DNA of 64,000 nt from an uncultured delta proteobacterium (lineage in GTDB: Bacteria; Desulfobacterota; Desulfobacteria; Desulfobacterales; QNYZ01). The position numbers and the translations under genes were made by a program. Below the pieces are notes generated by a model that was not told where the DNA came from, searched no databases, and saw only the letters and a program-made list of their open reading frames with translations. Location: contig CAWJQU010000016.1 of assembly GCA_963845145.1 (NCBI GenBank), positions 60,689 through 124,688 on the forward strand. Reading direction: 5' to 3'. Positions 30,106 through 40,976 of the stretch are shown here, in pieces (position 1 is the stretch's first letter; each line of letters starts with the position of its first letter).

Positions 30106-30559
30106 AACTGACCTCTGATCACGTTATAGGTCTTTCAAAATTGTATATAACGCTGATTGTAAGTCATTGTAAAATATGGCCACTATATTAAGTGTTAGGT
30201 CTAATTGGTAACTGTCCAATCCAATCAGAATTTATGTGAAAAGATAATCACTTTTTTTATCGGTATCACCCCAAACTATTTGGCCACCAAAAGGCCGCAG
30301 TTTGATTTCTCGAGAGTATACGCCTTGGTATCGTATTGATAGATTGCGTAAAATCATTAAATATTTAAACAGTTTATAACATACCATAAAACCACCTTGA
30401 GGTTGACAAACTATTAAGCCATTCCTATTTCATAGTAATGGCCGTTCTATTTATAAAATTCATTGGATCAAATTGTTGAATTCGAGATGCGTCTTGCTAA
30501 ATCATCTCCTGATAGCATTTGGAAAAAATGGGTCAACTATTAAAAGGCAGGAATAATCA

Positions 30560-33244
30560 ATGAGCGATGATCCTTTTGGCAATCCATCAGAAACGTCTGA
30601 GAAAAGCATAGCACTCCGCGAATGGATGGACTCACTGGATTATGAGATCAATCAGGGGGACCCGCATTGGGTAAACCATTTGCTTGAGGCATTAAGGCAG
30701 CGGGCATTGGCCCGGGGTATTAAATTGCCATTTTCCGCCCATACGCCCTATGTCAATTCCATCGCCAAAGATGCGCAGCCTGCTTATCCGGGCAGCCGGG
30801 AGGTCGAAAGGCGTATTAAGAGTATTATTCGATGGAATGCCATGGCCATGGTGGTAAGGGCCAATCGTGTGGAAAATGGTATTGGTGGCCATATTTCCAC
30901 CTATGCATCCATTGCTACCTTGTACGAGGTAGGGTTTAATCATTTTTTCCGAGGACCTAAAACACCTGGAGGCGGAGATCTGGTTTATTTCCAGGGTCAT
31001 GCTGCTCCGGGCAATTATGCCCGGGCCTTTTTAGAAAGCCGTTTATCGGTGGAAGACCTGAAAAATTTCAGGCACGAATTGCATGAGGGTGGCGGCTTGC
31101 CGTCTTATCCCCATCCCTGGTTAAAGCCTGATTTTTGGCAATTCGCCACGGTTTCAATGGGGCTTGGCCCTATAATGGCCATCTACCAGGCACGGTTTAA
31201 TCGCTATTTGGAGGATAGAGGACTCCAGAAGCCAAGCAATCGAAAGATCTGGTGTTTCATGGGTGACGGCGAGTCAGATGAGCCGGAATCTTTAGGTGCT
31301 ATTTCGTTGGCCTCGAGAGAAAAGCTCGACAATCTCATTTTCGTCATAAATTGTAACCTCCAGCGTTTGGATGGACCGGTTAGAGGGAACGGCAGCATTA
31401 TTCAAGAGTTGGAAACGGTTTTTCGCGGGGCAGGGTGGAACGTTATCAAGGTCCTCTGGGGTAGTGATTGGGATGAACTAATCGCCGGGGATTCGGATGG
31501 CCTGCTGGTCAAACGCATGGGGGAAAATATTGACGGTGAACGGCAAAAATACATCGTCAAAGGCGGGGGCTACCTTCGCGAACATTTTTTTGGCGAGTAT
31601 CCCGAACTCAAAGAACGCGTAGCACACCTATCCGATGAGCAGCTATGGCGGTTCCGACTGGGCGGGCATGATCCGGTGAAAGTATATGCAGCTTATAAAC
31701 AGGCTGTAGCCCATGAGGGAACACCCACTGTCATTCTGGCCAGAACCATAAAGGGTTACGGCCTTGGTGAAGCGGGTGAAGGAAAAAACATTACCCACCA
31801 GCAAAAAAAATTAAATGAACAGGAGCTCATAGAGTTTCGGTCCCGCTTCGGGATCCCAATTTCAGATGAAGAGATCGATACGGTTCCTTTTTATAAACCG
31901 AATGATGATAGTCCCGAGATGACCTACTTAAAATCCCGGCGCGAGGCGTTGGGCGGTTATTTACCATCTCGTGAAGTTGCCGTTGAACCACTAAAAAAAA
32001 TGCCAACTTCTATTTTTGAAGAGTTTTACAAAAGTAGCGAGCCACGAGAAGTGGCCACCACAATGGTTTTTGTTCGCCTTTTGTCAAAGCTGTTGCGGGA
32101 AGAAGAGATCGGAAAACTAATAGTTCCCATTATTCCCGACGAATCCCGAACATTTGGCATGGAAGCGCTTTTTAGACAAATTGGCATCTATTCGCATATG
32201 GGACAGTTGTACGAACCGGTGGACAAGGAAAATTTATTATATTATCGCGAGGCCACAGATGGCCAGATCATTGAGGAGGGGATTACCGAAGCGGGTTCCA
32301 TGTCTACTTTTATCGCTGCGGGAACAGGGTATGCCAATCAGGGTATCCATACGATTCCATTTTTCATTTACTATTCCATGTTCGGGCTGCAGCGCATCGG
32401 CGACCTGACGTGGGCGGCGTGCGATATGCGCGCGCGCGGCTTTATGATCGGGGCTACAGCCGGTCGGACCACGTTGGCTGGCGAAGGGTTGCAGCATCAG
32501 GATGGGAACAGTCATCTATTTGCCTACCCCTACCCAACGCTAAGAGCCTATGATCCCGCTTTTGCATACGAGCTGGCCGTCATCATTCAGGACGGTTTGA
32601 ATCGGATGTACGTGAACCAGGAGGATCTGATCTACTATCTTACCGTTACCAACGAAAACTATATTCAGCCGCCCATGCCAAAAGGGGTTGAAGAAGGCAT
32701 CAAAAAAGGCATGTATCGCTTTAAAGCATTCCGGCCGTCCAAAGGGCCGGCCACCGTCCATCTGATGGGTAGTGGCGCTATTTTGAATAAAGTATTGGAA
32801 GCAGCAACAATACTTGTAGAAAAATATGGGCAAAATATAGATGTTTACAGTGTCACCAGTTATAAAGCGTTGCACCAGGATGCTCTCAAGGTCGAACGGT
32901 GGAATATACTCCACCCAGAAGATTCTCCACGTCAAAGCTACCTGGAGAAACTTCTTGCTGGGGTCGAAGGGGTGTTCGTGGCGGCGACGGATTATGTCAA
33001 GACGCTTCCCGAGTCCATTTCAAAATGGTTGCCCGGTCCTCTAATATCACTGGGAACCGATGGATTCGGGAGAAGTGACGGGCGCCGGCATTTGCGCCGC
33101 TTTTTCGAGGTTGATGCCCGCTATATCACTTTGGCCGCGTTATCCGGGTTGGCCCGACAAGGGCGAATTGATCGTCTGGTAGTAAAAAAAGCCATCCGGG
33201 AGTTGGAAATCGATCCAGAGAAGATTGATCCATTAATGGGTTAG
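30560..33244 (+). CDS. aceE: Pyruvate dehydrogenase E1, homodimeric type
   Basis: RWNAMAMV, GGHIS, YFQGHAAPG, SYPHP, TVSMGLG, GDGESDEPE (TPP motif), NCNLQRLDGPV and GEGLQHQDG. Confidence 0.95.
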   Translation: MSDDPFGNPSETSEKSIALREWMDSLDYEINQGDPHWVNHLLEALRQRALARGIKLPFSAHTPYVNSIAKDAQPAYPGSREVERRIKSIIRWNAMAMVVRANRVENGIGGHISTYASIATLYEVGFNHFFRGPKTPGGGDLVYFQGHAAPGNYARAFLESRLSVEDLKNFRHELHEGGGLPSYPHPWLKPDFWQFATVSMGLGPIMAIYQARFNRYLEDRGLQKPSNRKIWCFMGDGESDEPESLGAISLASREKLDNLIFVINCNLQRLDGPVRGNGSIIQELETVFRGAGWNVIKVLWGSDWDELIAGDSDGLLVKRMGENIDGERQKYIVKGGGYLREHFFGEYPELKERVAHLSDEQLWRFRLGGHDPVKVYAAYKQAVAHEGTPTVILARTIKGYGLGEAGEGKNITHQQKKLNEQELIEFRSRFGIPISDEEIDTVPFYKPNDDSPEMTYLKSRREALGGYLPSREVAVEPLKKMPTSIFEEFYKSSEPREVATTMVFVRLLSKLLREEEIGKLIVPIIPDESRTFGMEALFRQIGIYSHMGQLYEPVDKENLLYYREATDGQIIEEGITEAGSMSTFIAAGTGYANQGIHTIPFFIYYSMFGLQRIGDLTWAACDMRARGFMIGATAGRTTLAGEGLQHQDGNSHLFAYPYPTLRAYDPAFAYELAVIIQDGLNRMYVNQEDLIYYLTVTNENYIQPPMPKGVEEGIKKGMYRFKAFRPSKGPATVHLMGSGAILNKVLEAATILVEKYGQNIDVYSVTSYKALHQDALKVERWNILHPEDSPRQSYLEKLLAGVEGVFVAATDYVKTLPESISKWLPGPLISLGTDGFGRSDGRRHLRRFFEVDARYITLAALSGLARQGRIDRLVVKKAIRELEIDPEKIDPLMG

Positions 33245-33302
33245 GCTGCATTTTTTAAACGATACGATAATCATTGGCTCTGAAAAAAAAAGGAAGGTTG
33301 CT

Positions 33303-34622
33303 ATGATCACTGAAGCGACATTACCTGAACTGGGTGAAAACATACAAATGGGTGTTGTTGTCAATGTTTTGGTCAGTATCGGTGATAAGGTTGACGTCGA
33401 TCAAGCGATCATTGAAATTGAAACGGATAAGGCCGTTGTTGAAGTCCCATCTGAAATTTCCGGCGTTGTAACCGCTATCCATGTGGTGGAAGGTGACGAA
33501 ATTAAGGTCGGGCAAAAAATGGTTTCCATCGAGGTGGAAAGCCCGGTGTCGGGTACGACAGATAAACCGGCTGCCGATAGGGAAATATCCATATCACCGC
33601 CTTCTTCTCAAACACCAGATTCACCGGTGTCATCTCCAAAAACTATTCCTTTGAAAAAACAACATATAAATGCGCAGGAAGGGAAATCATTACGCGTAAA
33701 ACCTGAAGATGTCGCCCCGGCGGCGCCCTCGGTACGCAGATTTGCAAGAGAGATAGGTGTGGATATAAATGCGCTGGTTGGAACCGGACCTGCTGGGCGA
33801 GTATCCATAGAAGATGTCAAGGCGTCTGCCCGAAAACAACAAGATCCTTATAATTCGTTTCAGGACGGGGCGGCCCGGATAGAGACTGGGACTGAGACTG
33901 AACCGCTGCCCGATTTTACGAAATGGGGTGATATCGAAAGAGCACCCATGTCCATGATTCGAAAAAAAACGGCCCATCATTTGGCGTTTGCCTGGGCAAC
34001 GATTCCTCAGGTTACCCAATTTGATCAGGCGAATATAACCGACATGGAGAAGTTTAGAAAAGATCATGGCGGCAAAGTGCAGGCAGCCGGCGGCAAGCTC
34101 ACCGTTACTGCGATTTTGATGAAGATCGTGGCCGGGGCAATGAGGGCTTTTCCGCGCATCAATGCCTCCGTGGATATGAAAAATCAAGAGATTATTTACA
34201 AAAAATACGTTCATATCGGTGTCGCTGTGGATACGCCAAGGGGCTTGCTCGTTCCCGTTGTTCGGGATGTGGATAAAATGAATTTGATTGATATCTCGGT
34301 TGCTTTGAGCGGTTTGGCCGAAAAGGCAAGAAGCGGTAAATTAGGTATAAGCGATATGCAGGGCGGAAACTTTACCATTTCAAACCTGGGTGGGATAGGG
34401 GGGACGGCTTTCACACCGATTGTCAATGCCCCGGAAGTGGCAATTCTCGGTATTTCACGATCATTTATGCAGCCAAACCTTATCGATGATCGTCTTCAGT
34501 CACGGTTGATGCTACCCCTATCGCTATCCTATGATCATCGCATTATCGACGGTGCCGAAGGGGCCCGCTTTTTGCGGTGGATTGTTGAAGCTATTGAACA
34601 ACCGCTTTTGCTGGCACTTTAA
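33303..34622 (+). CDS. aceF: Dihydrolipoamide acetyltransferase E2 (one lipoyl domain)
   Basis: ETDKA lipoyl site, AAPSVRRFARE E3-binding domain and SYDHRIIDGA. Confidence 0.93.
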   Translation: MITEATLPELGENIQMGVVVNVLVSIGDKVDVDQAIIEIETDKAVVEVPSEISGVVTAIHVVEGDEIKVGQKMVSIEVESPVSGTTDKPAADREISISPPSSQTPDSPVSSPKTIPLKKQHINAQEGKSLRVKPEDVAPAAPSVRRFAREIGVDINALVGTGPAGRVSIEDVKASARKQQDPYNSFQDGAARIETGTETEPLPDFTKWGDIERAPMSMIRKKTAHHLAFAWATIPQVTQFDQANITDMEKFRKDHGGKVQAAGGKLTVTAILMKIVAGAMRAFPRINASVDMKNQEIIYKKYVHIGVAVDTPRGLLVPVVRDVDKMNLIDISVALSGLAEKARSGKLGISDMQGGNFTISNLGGIGGTAFTPIVNAPEVAILGISRSFMQPNLIDDRLQSRLMLPLSLSYDHRIIDGAEGARFLRWIVEAIEQPLLLAL

Positions 34623-34662
34623 GGGTGGTAAGAAAAGTGAACGTCCGATCCGGAGAATGAAA

Positions 34663-36087
34663 ATGTCTGATCAAAAAGAAAAAGATCTGGTGGTTATCGG
34701 CGCCGGACCTGGCGGATATGCAGCCGCATTTTTAGCGGCGGATCTGGGAATGACTGTGACCATGGTGGATCCTGAAGCGAATCCCGGTGGTGTCTGCCTT
34801 TATCGTGGTTGTATTCCCTCCAAAGCGTTGCTGCATGCTGCCCATTTATTGGATGTTAGCCAAAAGGCCCGGTCGTGGGGGATCACATTTCAGAAACCCG
34901 ATGTGGATATCGATCGTCTTCGGGAAAAGACAAGTGCGATCATAGAGAAACTGACCCAGGGGCTCGGCGGGCTTAGTCGTAAACGTAACATTGAAACTGT
35001 TCAGGGGAGGGCGCGGTTTAACAATTCAAACTCGGTAATAATCAGTCAGGGCGAAAAAGAAGAAAGGGCTCTCCGCTTCAAGAATGCGATCATCGCGACC
35101 GGTTCGTTGCCCGTTTCAATTCCGAACTTACCCGATAATGATCTGCGTATCATGGACTCGACGGCCGCATTGGCACTGGAATCGATACCTGAGACATTGC
35201 TGGTGGTCGGCGGTGGTTATATCGGGCTTGAGCTGGGTACGGTTTATGCCGCATTGGGCAGCCAGGTAAGCGTTGTGGAGATGATGCCCGGTCTGTTGTG
35301 GGGTGTTGATCGCGACCTGGTTCGTATATTAGCGAAGAAGTTGGAAACGACCTTGGCCTCGATTCAGGTCAATACCAAGGTAACGGCCGCCGAGAAGAGT
35401 ACCGAAGGCATCCGTTGTCGTTTTTCAAACAATGAAGGCCAAGTCACGGAGCAGACCTTTGAGCGCATATTGATCGCCGTGGGCCGGCGTCCAAACACCA
35501 CAAATCTGGGTCTTGAAAATACGGCTGTAACGATTGATGCCGACGGGTACATCATTACCGATCAGCAAAAACGAACCGCCGATCCCGCCATTTTTGCCGT
35601 GGGCGATGTGGCCGGGCAGCCGATGCTGGCTCATAAGGCGACCCATGAAGGGCGGGTGGCGGCGGAGGCCATCGGTGGTAGTAAAGTCATTTTTGCCCCG
35701 CATGCCATCCCGGCGGTCGTATTTACCGATCCCGAAATTGCCTGGTGTGGATTAACGGAAACGGAGGCAAAGGCAAATAAAATTTTGTATGAGACGGTGC
35801 GATTTCCCTGGGCCGCATCGGGCCGTGCACTAACCCAAGATCTCGCAGAGGGGATGACAAAAATAATCGTTGATCCTGAAACCGAGAGAATCTTAGGAAT
35901 GGGTATTGTTGGCAACGGCGCCGGTGAAATGATTGCGCAAGGAACCCTGGCCATTGAGATGGCTGCATTGGTCTCGGATGTCGGGCTGACCATCCATCCG
36001 CATCCCACGCTGTCCGAAACGATCATGGAAGCTGCAGATGTTTTTTTTGGGCAGAGTACCCATATTTATCGACCAAAGCGGAAGTGA
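34663..36087 (+). CDS. lpdA: Dihydrolipoamide dehydrogenase E3
   Basis: GAGPGGY, GGVCLYRGCIPSK, GGGYIG, LAHKA and HPHPTLSE. GGAG RBS before ATG 34663. Confidence 0.95.
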   Translation: MSDQKEKDLVVIGAGPGGYAAAFLAADLGMTVTMVDPEANPGGVCLYRGCIPSKALLHAAHLLDVSQKARSWGITFQKPDVDIDRLREKTSAIIEKLTQGLGGLSRKRNIETVQGRARFNNSNSVIISQGEKEERALRFKNAIIATGSLPVSIPNLPDNDLRIMDSTAALALESIPETLLVVGGGYIGLELGTVYAALGSQVSVVEMMPGLLWGVDRDLVRILAKKLETTLASIQVNTKVTAAEKSTEGIRCRFSNNEGQVTEQTFERILIAVGRRPNTTNLGLENTAVTIDADGYIITDQQKRTADPAIFAVGDVAGQPMLAHKATHEGRVAAEAIGGSKVIFAPHAIPAVVFTDPEIAWCGLTETEAKANKILYETVRFPWAASGRALTQDLAEGMTKIIVDPETERILGMGIVGNGAGEMIAQGTLAIEMAALVSDVGLTIHPHPTLSETIMEAADVFFGQSTHIYRPKRK

Positions 36088-36096
36088 TAAAGACGA

Positions 36097-37026
36097 TCAA
36101 CCTCTCAATATGCGCCTGACCTTATCGGGATCGTACCTTTTACCTACCAGCATGTCCGTCACTTTAGATGTTCGATTGGCGGGTGTTTTGTTGGTTTTTA
36201 TTTCAACATGGCGAATGATACCTTTGACAACATGGAGGAGAATCGGTTGCCGGCCGCCAATCATATGATGGTTTTCTCTGACAACGAATTTGGGCGATCT
36301 ACCGTAGACCCATTCCCAGGCCCTGTATTTGATATTGGCAAGTTCATAAATCCGGGACCAGGCTTCGTTTGATAGTTCGTATTTGGTGATTCGGCTGAAT
36401 CGTGATGCCGACTTGTCGATTAGGATATCGGTAAGATCTTCCAGAGTTATGGTATCTGTTAAGGATGGGGATACATTTATCACCTCTCTCTTAGCGGACG
36501 AGATGGCCTTTGTAGATACAGTCTTAAACTTTGAAGTTAAAGCCCGATTCAATACATTGAGGTCTGAACTAAACAGAAGTGTCCCATGGCTTAGCATTCT
36601 TTTAAAGTTTGAAAATTGGGCCCACCCCGAAATTTTTTTTCCGTCTATTTCGATACAATTCCCTTGGGCATAGACCGCTGTAATTTCCAGATAACTCAAT
36701 GCGTCAATAATAGGTTGTGTGAAGTTATCGAAACGTCCGAACGTTTCCTTTCGGTAATTGGTGATAAAAGCAAAATTGAGATTACCGGTATCATGATAGA
36801 CAGCGCCGCCGCCGGACATTCTTCGAAAAATGGGAATGTCTTTTTGCTTTACATACTTCTCATCAACTTCTTCCCATGGATTTTGATGTGCCCCAATGAT
36901 AACTGCAGATCGATTTACATAGAAAAGTAGGTAATCCTGTTCAGGGTCTAACGTCTTCAGACAATATTCTTCCAATGCCAGATTAATAGCAGCGTCGTAT
37001 GTGTTCCTGTTGGAGATTAAAAGCAT
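36097..37026 (-). CDS. lplA: Lipoate-protein ligase A family protein
   Basis: NLALEE, IGAHQN, RRMSGGGAVYHD, GKKISG, HGTLL and WEWVYGRSP. Convergent with the PDH operon. Confidence 0.88.
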   Translation of the reverse strand: MLLISNRNTYDAAINLALEEYCLKTLDPEQDYLLFYVNRSAVIIGAHQNPWEEVDEKYVKQKDIPIFRRMSGGGAVYHDTGNLNFAFITNYRKETFGRFDNFTQPIIDALSYLEITAVYAQGNCIEIDGKKISGWAQFSNFKRMLSHGTLLFSSDLNVLNRALTSKFKTVSTKAISSAKREVINVSPSLTDTITLEDLTDILIDKSASRFSRITKYELSNEAWSRIYELANIKYRAWEWVYGRSPKFVVRENHHMIGGRQPILLHVVKGIIRHVEIKTNKTPANRTSKVTDMLVGKRYDPDKVRRILRG

Positions 37027-37282
37027 GGTTAAGTCTTGCGCAAAGGAGTAGACACCGCTCGATGGGAGTCGGCATTAGCATATTCTATCGCCAATGGAGC
37101 AAAGCGCGGTGAATTTAATGGCGATATGGTTACCGGTTGCTGCATGACTCCATTGATGTTCTAATAACCGGCGCCAATAAACTAACTAACTGTAAAATCT
37201 AATAATATTTTTCCCAGTTGATGACCTTTCATAAGAATACGCTAATGGTTTTAGTTGATGTAACATGAGTTAACCTCCGTTC

Positions 37283-37852
37283 TTACCATAGGTAGGGGAT
37301 AAATCGTTTAGTGTTTTTGATATAGGCTTTATAGTCGGAGCCGAAAACAATAATATTTTCCCGCTCCTCGACCTTTGAGGCAACGAGCACAAAAACAGTC
37401 GCTAAAATAACCACTGAAGAGCTGACGATAGAGATGTGTTTTAAAAAAATTCCCCATGCCAGAAGGAGAAGCGAGCAGTACATGGGATGGCGGATACGGC
37501 AGTAGATTCCACTGGTGACAAGGCGGCCGGTATTCTCAAAGGTAAAATTTTCAGGAGTAACCCGACTGCTCCTCCGACCGCCTGATTTCTTGAGTTGTCG
37601 GACACCATGCATAACAAATACAATTGATGCGAATAACAATATCAAGGATACCATTTGTTGGATGCCAAGGGGCTTGTCGAACCAATAGGGGCTGTTGAGC
37701 AACAAGAGCGCAACAATGCCCTCAAAAACAAAAAATCGATAAAATCCGTGGGAATAATAATTTTTCAATGAACGACGCGAAATCCAGATGAGCGGAATGG
37801 AGAGCATCACAAACAATGAAATGCGCGACAGATTTAATGCATTTAGAATCAA
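37283..37852 (-). CDS. Isoprenylcysteine carboxylmethyltransferase/PEMT family membrane protein
   Basis: LVTSGIYCRIRHPMY, EERE..FG..YKAY and KRFIP, with TM segments. Start uncertain. Confidence 0.82.
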   Translation of the reverse strand: MILNALNLSRISLFVMLSIPLIWISRRSLKNYYSHGFYRFFVFEGIVALLLLNSPYWFDKPLGIQQMVSLILLFASIVFVMHGVRQLKKSGGRRSSRVTPENFTFENTGRLVTSGIYCRIRHPMYCSLLLLAWGIFLKHISIVSSSVVILATVFVLVASKVEERENIIVFGSDYKAYIKNTKRFIPYLW

Positions 37853-38155
37853 AACCCAACTCCCCTCAAAACCTGTATTGTTGCAAGATCGACCCGCCTC
37901 AGGCCAATGTGTTAGACGTATTAATAATTAGACATAATGTATATTCATTATCTTATGTTTTCAACGCTGGTATTGAACTAAATAGAATCCAAAGGCCTGG
38001 TTATTTTTAGTTCGATTGAATTATACCTTTTTGACAGAAATATTGGGGTTGGCTGATTACTTTTTAAAGGAGAAAAAAATAACCATCATTGATCTCTAAT
38101 GTGGGCATTGAATGTCTCGTTACAAGTATGCCTGTGTCGAAGCTAAATCAACGAA

Positions 38156-38809
38156 TCATAATCCCATATCTTCATTGATCAAAATAACGGTAATTCTTCC
38201 TTTGGGAAATGACTTTTCCATAATCGACCAGGTATTGCAGATGCGTTCGGGGCTATTGCAATCCTGGCATGTCGATGTTTTGAGGCAGGGGTTTTTCTTA
38301 TCAAGCCGCATGACATTGGTTGGGGCGGCATAATTTTTAATTCGATAGAAGGCATCTTCCAAGTCGGCCACAATTTTATTACGGCCTACGAAAACGATGA
38401 CATGCTTTGGCCCGAAGGCGATGGCACCGGTACGGTTGCCGATCATGTCCAGGTTCACCAGTTGGCCCTTTTCCGTGACGGCATTGGTGCCGGTTAAATA
38501 TAGGTCTGCCAAAAGGGATTGGCGCCGCCGCTCGAGAGATGCTTCGGCGGATAGTTGCTTGTCAAAGGTATCCAATATGGTAAAATCGGACCTGCTTTTC
38601 AAAGCATCGTACAAACCGGTGGCGATAAACGTCATAGATCCGCCCCAGGAGACAGACTGTACATCCAGCTTGGGAATGATATCATTTAAAACCTGCTCTT
38701 TGGCTGATGCCGGGTTGTCCACTATAACGACATTGAAATGGTTGCCCTCAAGCGATTCTTTCAGGTCGTTTAAACGCAATTTCCAATAATGATGGGTCGG
38801 ATTGTCCAT
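38156..38809 (-). CDS. LUD-domain (LutC/YkgG-like) protein
   Basis: WGGSMT, GTNAVTEKGQLVNLDMIGNR, GRNKI and CxxxxxCxDCxxxxRIC. GGAGG RBS before ATG 38809. Confidence 0.85.
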   Translation of the reverse strand: MDNPTHHYWKLRLNDLKESLEGNHFNVVIVDNPASAKEQVLNDIIPKLDVQSVSWGGSMTFIATGLYDALKSRSDFTILDTFDKQLSAEASLERRRQSLLADLYLTGTNAVTEKGQLVNLDMIGNRTGAIAFGPKHVIVFVGRNKIVADLEDAFYRIKNYAAPTNVMRLDKKNPCLKTSTCQDCNSPERICNTWSIMEKSFPKGRITVILINEDMGL

Positions 38810-38988
38810 CGGTTCCTCCACCGTAGGCATTTAAAGCTTCAATCAATCGAAATGATTTTATCAATGGTGACGAGTCGAATACCATGTTTATCATAACTGC
38901 AGAGGATAATACAACGCCAGTGCGTGAGTGATCTTTAGTAGGAAAGTGATACGGATAATTCCATCATTTTTCCAAACACAGCGGACGT

Positions 38989-39333
38989 TTAAGCGCAACC
39001 CGTACCTGTCGACATGCATGCGGAATTTGGCAGTTCGCCCTTTACAAATCTCCTTATTGGGAAGCGGGGCATTTTGGATGCCAGTGATAGATTGAACAAA
39101 GATGCATTTCCAGCGCTTTTTACTGGCGTCACATCAAAATAAGCATCTTCCAATGCGGTAATGGCGATGCAACCTTTATGACTGACGGTGAACCCATCGT
39201 CCCGGTTTAGAATATGGTCCCTATGGTCACCAGGCTGTGTCAGCCATAAAGAGCCATGGCTGCATCGGACCGTCAATCCTCTGGCATCCCCGTCGATTCG
39301 AAAAATTTCATGTCGCGGCAGTAGTAGTTTCAT
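38989..39333 (-). CDS. DUF2917-domain protein
   Basis: VRCSHGSLWLTQPGDHRDHIL..DDGF pattern; divergent from a MocR regulator. Confidence 0.75.
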   Translation of the reverse strand: MKLLLPRHEIFRIDGDARGLTVRCSHGSLWLTQPGDHRDHILNRDDGFTVSHKGCIAITALEDAYFDVTPVKSAGNASLFNLSLASKMPRFPIRRFVKGELPNSACMSTGTGCA

Positions 39334-39403
39334 TGGATTCCCTCTTTGCTTGGGTAATTGCCGATTGTTTTGGTCCAATAATAAGGCAAACCGGGTGGGT
39401 TGA

Positions 39404-39489
39404 ACAGATACAATAAGTTGATTTTGTGTCCATCACAGATTATGTTTCTAAGGATTGTACCCGTTTGTTTTGTAATCAATTGTGTCTGT
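39404..39489. promoter_or_regulatory. Putative MocR-family operator in the divergent promoter
   Basis: ACAGATACAAT (39404-39414) and inverted ATTGTGTCTGT (39479-39489, 10/11 match), with related ATCACAGAT and ATTGTACC between them. Confidence 0.55.
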
Positions 39490-39521
39490 CTTAAAAAGAG
39501 ATAGGGAACTATGTTGCAATA

Positions 39522-40976
39522 ATGAGCCCTTCGACCACATCCAAATCGAATCACCCCCCACTATACGAGCAGGTGGCCACTAAAATTGCGGATATGGTCC
39601 AAACCGGAACATTTCGCCCCGGAGAGCGGGTTCCGTCTATTCGTGGCCTCAGCAAGCAGATGCAGGTCAGCATCAACACGGTCAAAGAAGCTTACGGCTT
39701 TTTAGAAGACCGTCATATCATTGAGGCGCGTCCCCAATCCGGATACTATGTGCGCCCCGCCTTGTTGGCCGTTCCGCATGAGCCGCAAATTGAGCCGCCG
39801 CAATGCCTGTCGGCCGCACCAGGACCGACCGAACTGGTCATGTCGGTGTTGAAAGATTGTATGGAGCCGGGTTTGGTACAATTTGGTGCCGGCATACCTT
39901 GTAGTGATCAATTGCCCAAAAAACGTCTAAGCCGGATGATGGCGGCCCAGATACGAAAATATCCTGCAGAAAGCGTGGGTTACTTAATGCCGCCGGGGTA
40001 CGGCCGATTGCGGGCGCAGATCGCCAAACATATGTTACAAGCCCAATGTGTCTTTCGCGCGGATGATATTCTGATGGCATCGGGCGGCACGGAAGCCGTT
40101 TTTCTGGCCTTGAGAGCTACCTGCCAACCGGGAGACACCGTGGCGGTTGAAACACCTCTCTATTTCTCATTTTTACAGATGATACAAAATCTGGGGCTAA
40201 AGGTCGTGGAAATCCCCGCATCTCCAAAAACCGGGATCAGCCTCGAAGCATTAAAGTACGCCCTTGAAAACACGCCCATCAACGCCTGTCTGGTGATCTC
40301 AAATTTTAACAATCCACTGGGTAGCCTGATCCCTGATGAAAATAAAAAAGCGCTGGTAACGCTATTGGAAAGTTACCGTGTGCCACTGATCGAGGATGAC
40401 GTGCACGGCGATCTGGCCTTTGACGGCAGCCGACCATCGGTAGCCAAAGCCTACGACAAAACCGGCAACGTTATTCTCTGCTCTTCTTTTTCCAAAACCC
40501 TGGCCCCTGGTTACCGGGTGGGTTGGCTGGCCCCGGGTAAGTATCTGCAGGCTGTAGAACGCCAAAAGGTGTTCACATCCCTGGCATCTCCAGGGCCGCC
40601 ACAATTGGCCGTGGCCGAATATTTAGCCAATGGCGGATATGACCGGCATTTGCGAACGATCAGACGGGTCTACTCCCAAAAAGTGGCAGCCATGAGTGAT
40701 TCCATCGGGCGTAATTTTCCCAAAGATACCTGTGTGTCCCGCCCCAAAGGCAGTTTCACTCTGTGGGTGCAGATGCATGAAGCCGTGGACAGTCGGCTGC
40801 TCTACATTAAAGCCAAATCCCTGGGCATATCCATTGCCCCGGGAACGATCTTTTCCGTTACCGATAAGTATCGTAACTTTATGCGCTTAAATGCGGCATT
40901 TTATTCGGAGCGGGTTGAGTGGGCCGTCGAAGCGTTGGGTCGGATTGCGGGTGAATTGGCAGGTGAGGCAAGTTAG
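39522..40976 (+). CDS. MocR-family regulator (GntR HTH plus PLP aminotransferase domain)
   Basis: LYEQVA, PSIR, VSINTV..AY, ARPQSGYYV, NNPLG, IEDD and SSFSKTLAPGYRVGW. Confidence 0.93.
   Translation: MSPSTTSKSNHPPLYEQVATKIADMVQTGTFRPGERVPSIRGLSKQMQVSINTVKEAYGFLEDRHIIEARPQSGYYVRPALLAVPHEPQIEPPQCLSAAPGPTELVMSVLKDCMEPGLVQFGAGIPCSDQLPKKRLSRMMAAQIRKYPAESVGYLMPPGYGRLRAQIAKHMLQAQCVFRADDILMASGGTEAVFLALRATCQPGDTVAVETPLYFSFLQMIQNLGLKVVEIPASPKTGISLEALKYALENTPINACLVISNFNNPLGSLIPDENKKALVTLLESYRVPLIEDDVHGDLAFDGSRPSVAKAYDKTGNVILCSSFSKTLAPGYRVGWLAPGKYLQAVERQKVFTSLASPGPPQLAVAEYLANGGYDRHLRTIRRVYSQKVAAMSDSIGRNFPKDTCVSRPKGSFTLWVQMHEAVDSRLLYIKAKSLGISIAPGTIFSVTDKYRNFMRLNAAFYSERVEWAVEALGRIAGELAGEAS

Noticed and set aside
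30203..30220. PdhR operator upstream of aceE
   Set aside because: ATTGG-N7-CCAAT has the wrong spacing (PdhR is N5), lies about 340 nt upstream, and no pdhR gene is adjacent.
37029..37145. 38-codon minus-strand ORF ending 2 nt before lplA, as a leader peptide
   Set aside because: RBS spacing is poor, and there is no codon enrichment or attenuator; it could be chance.
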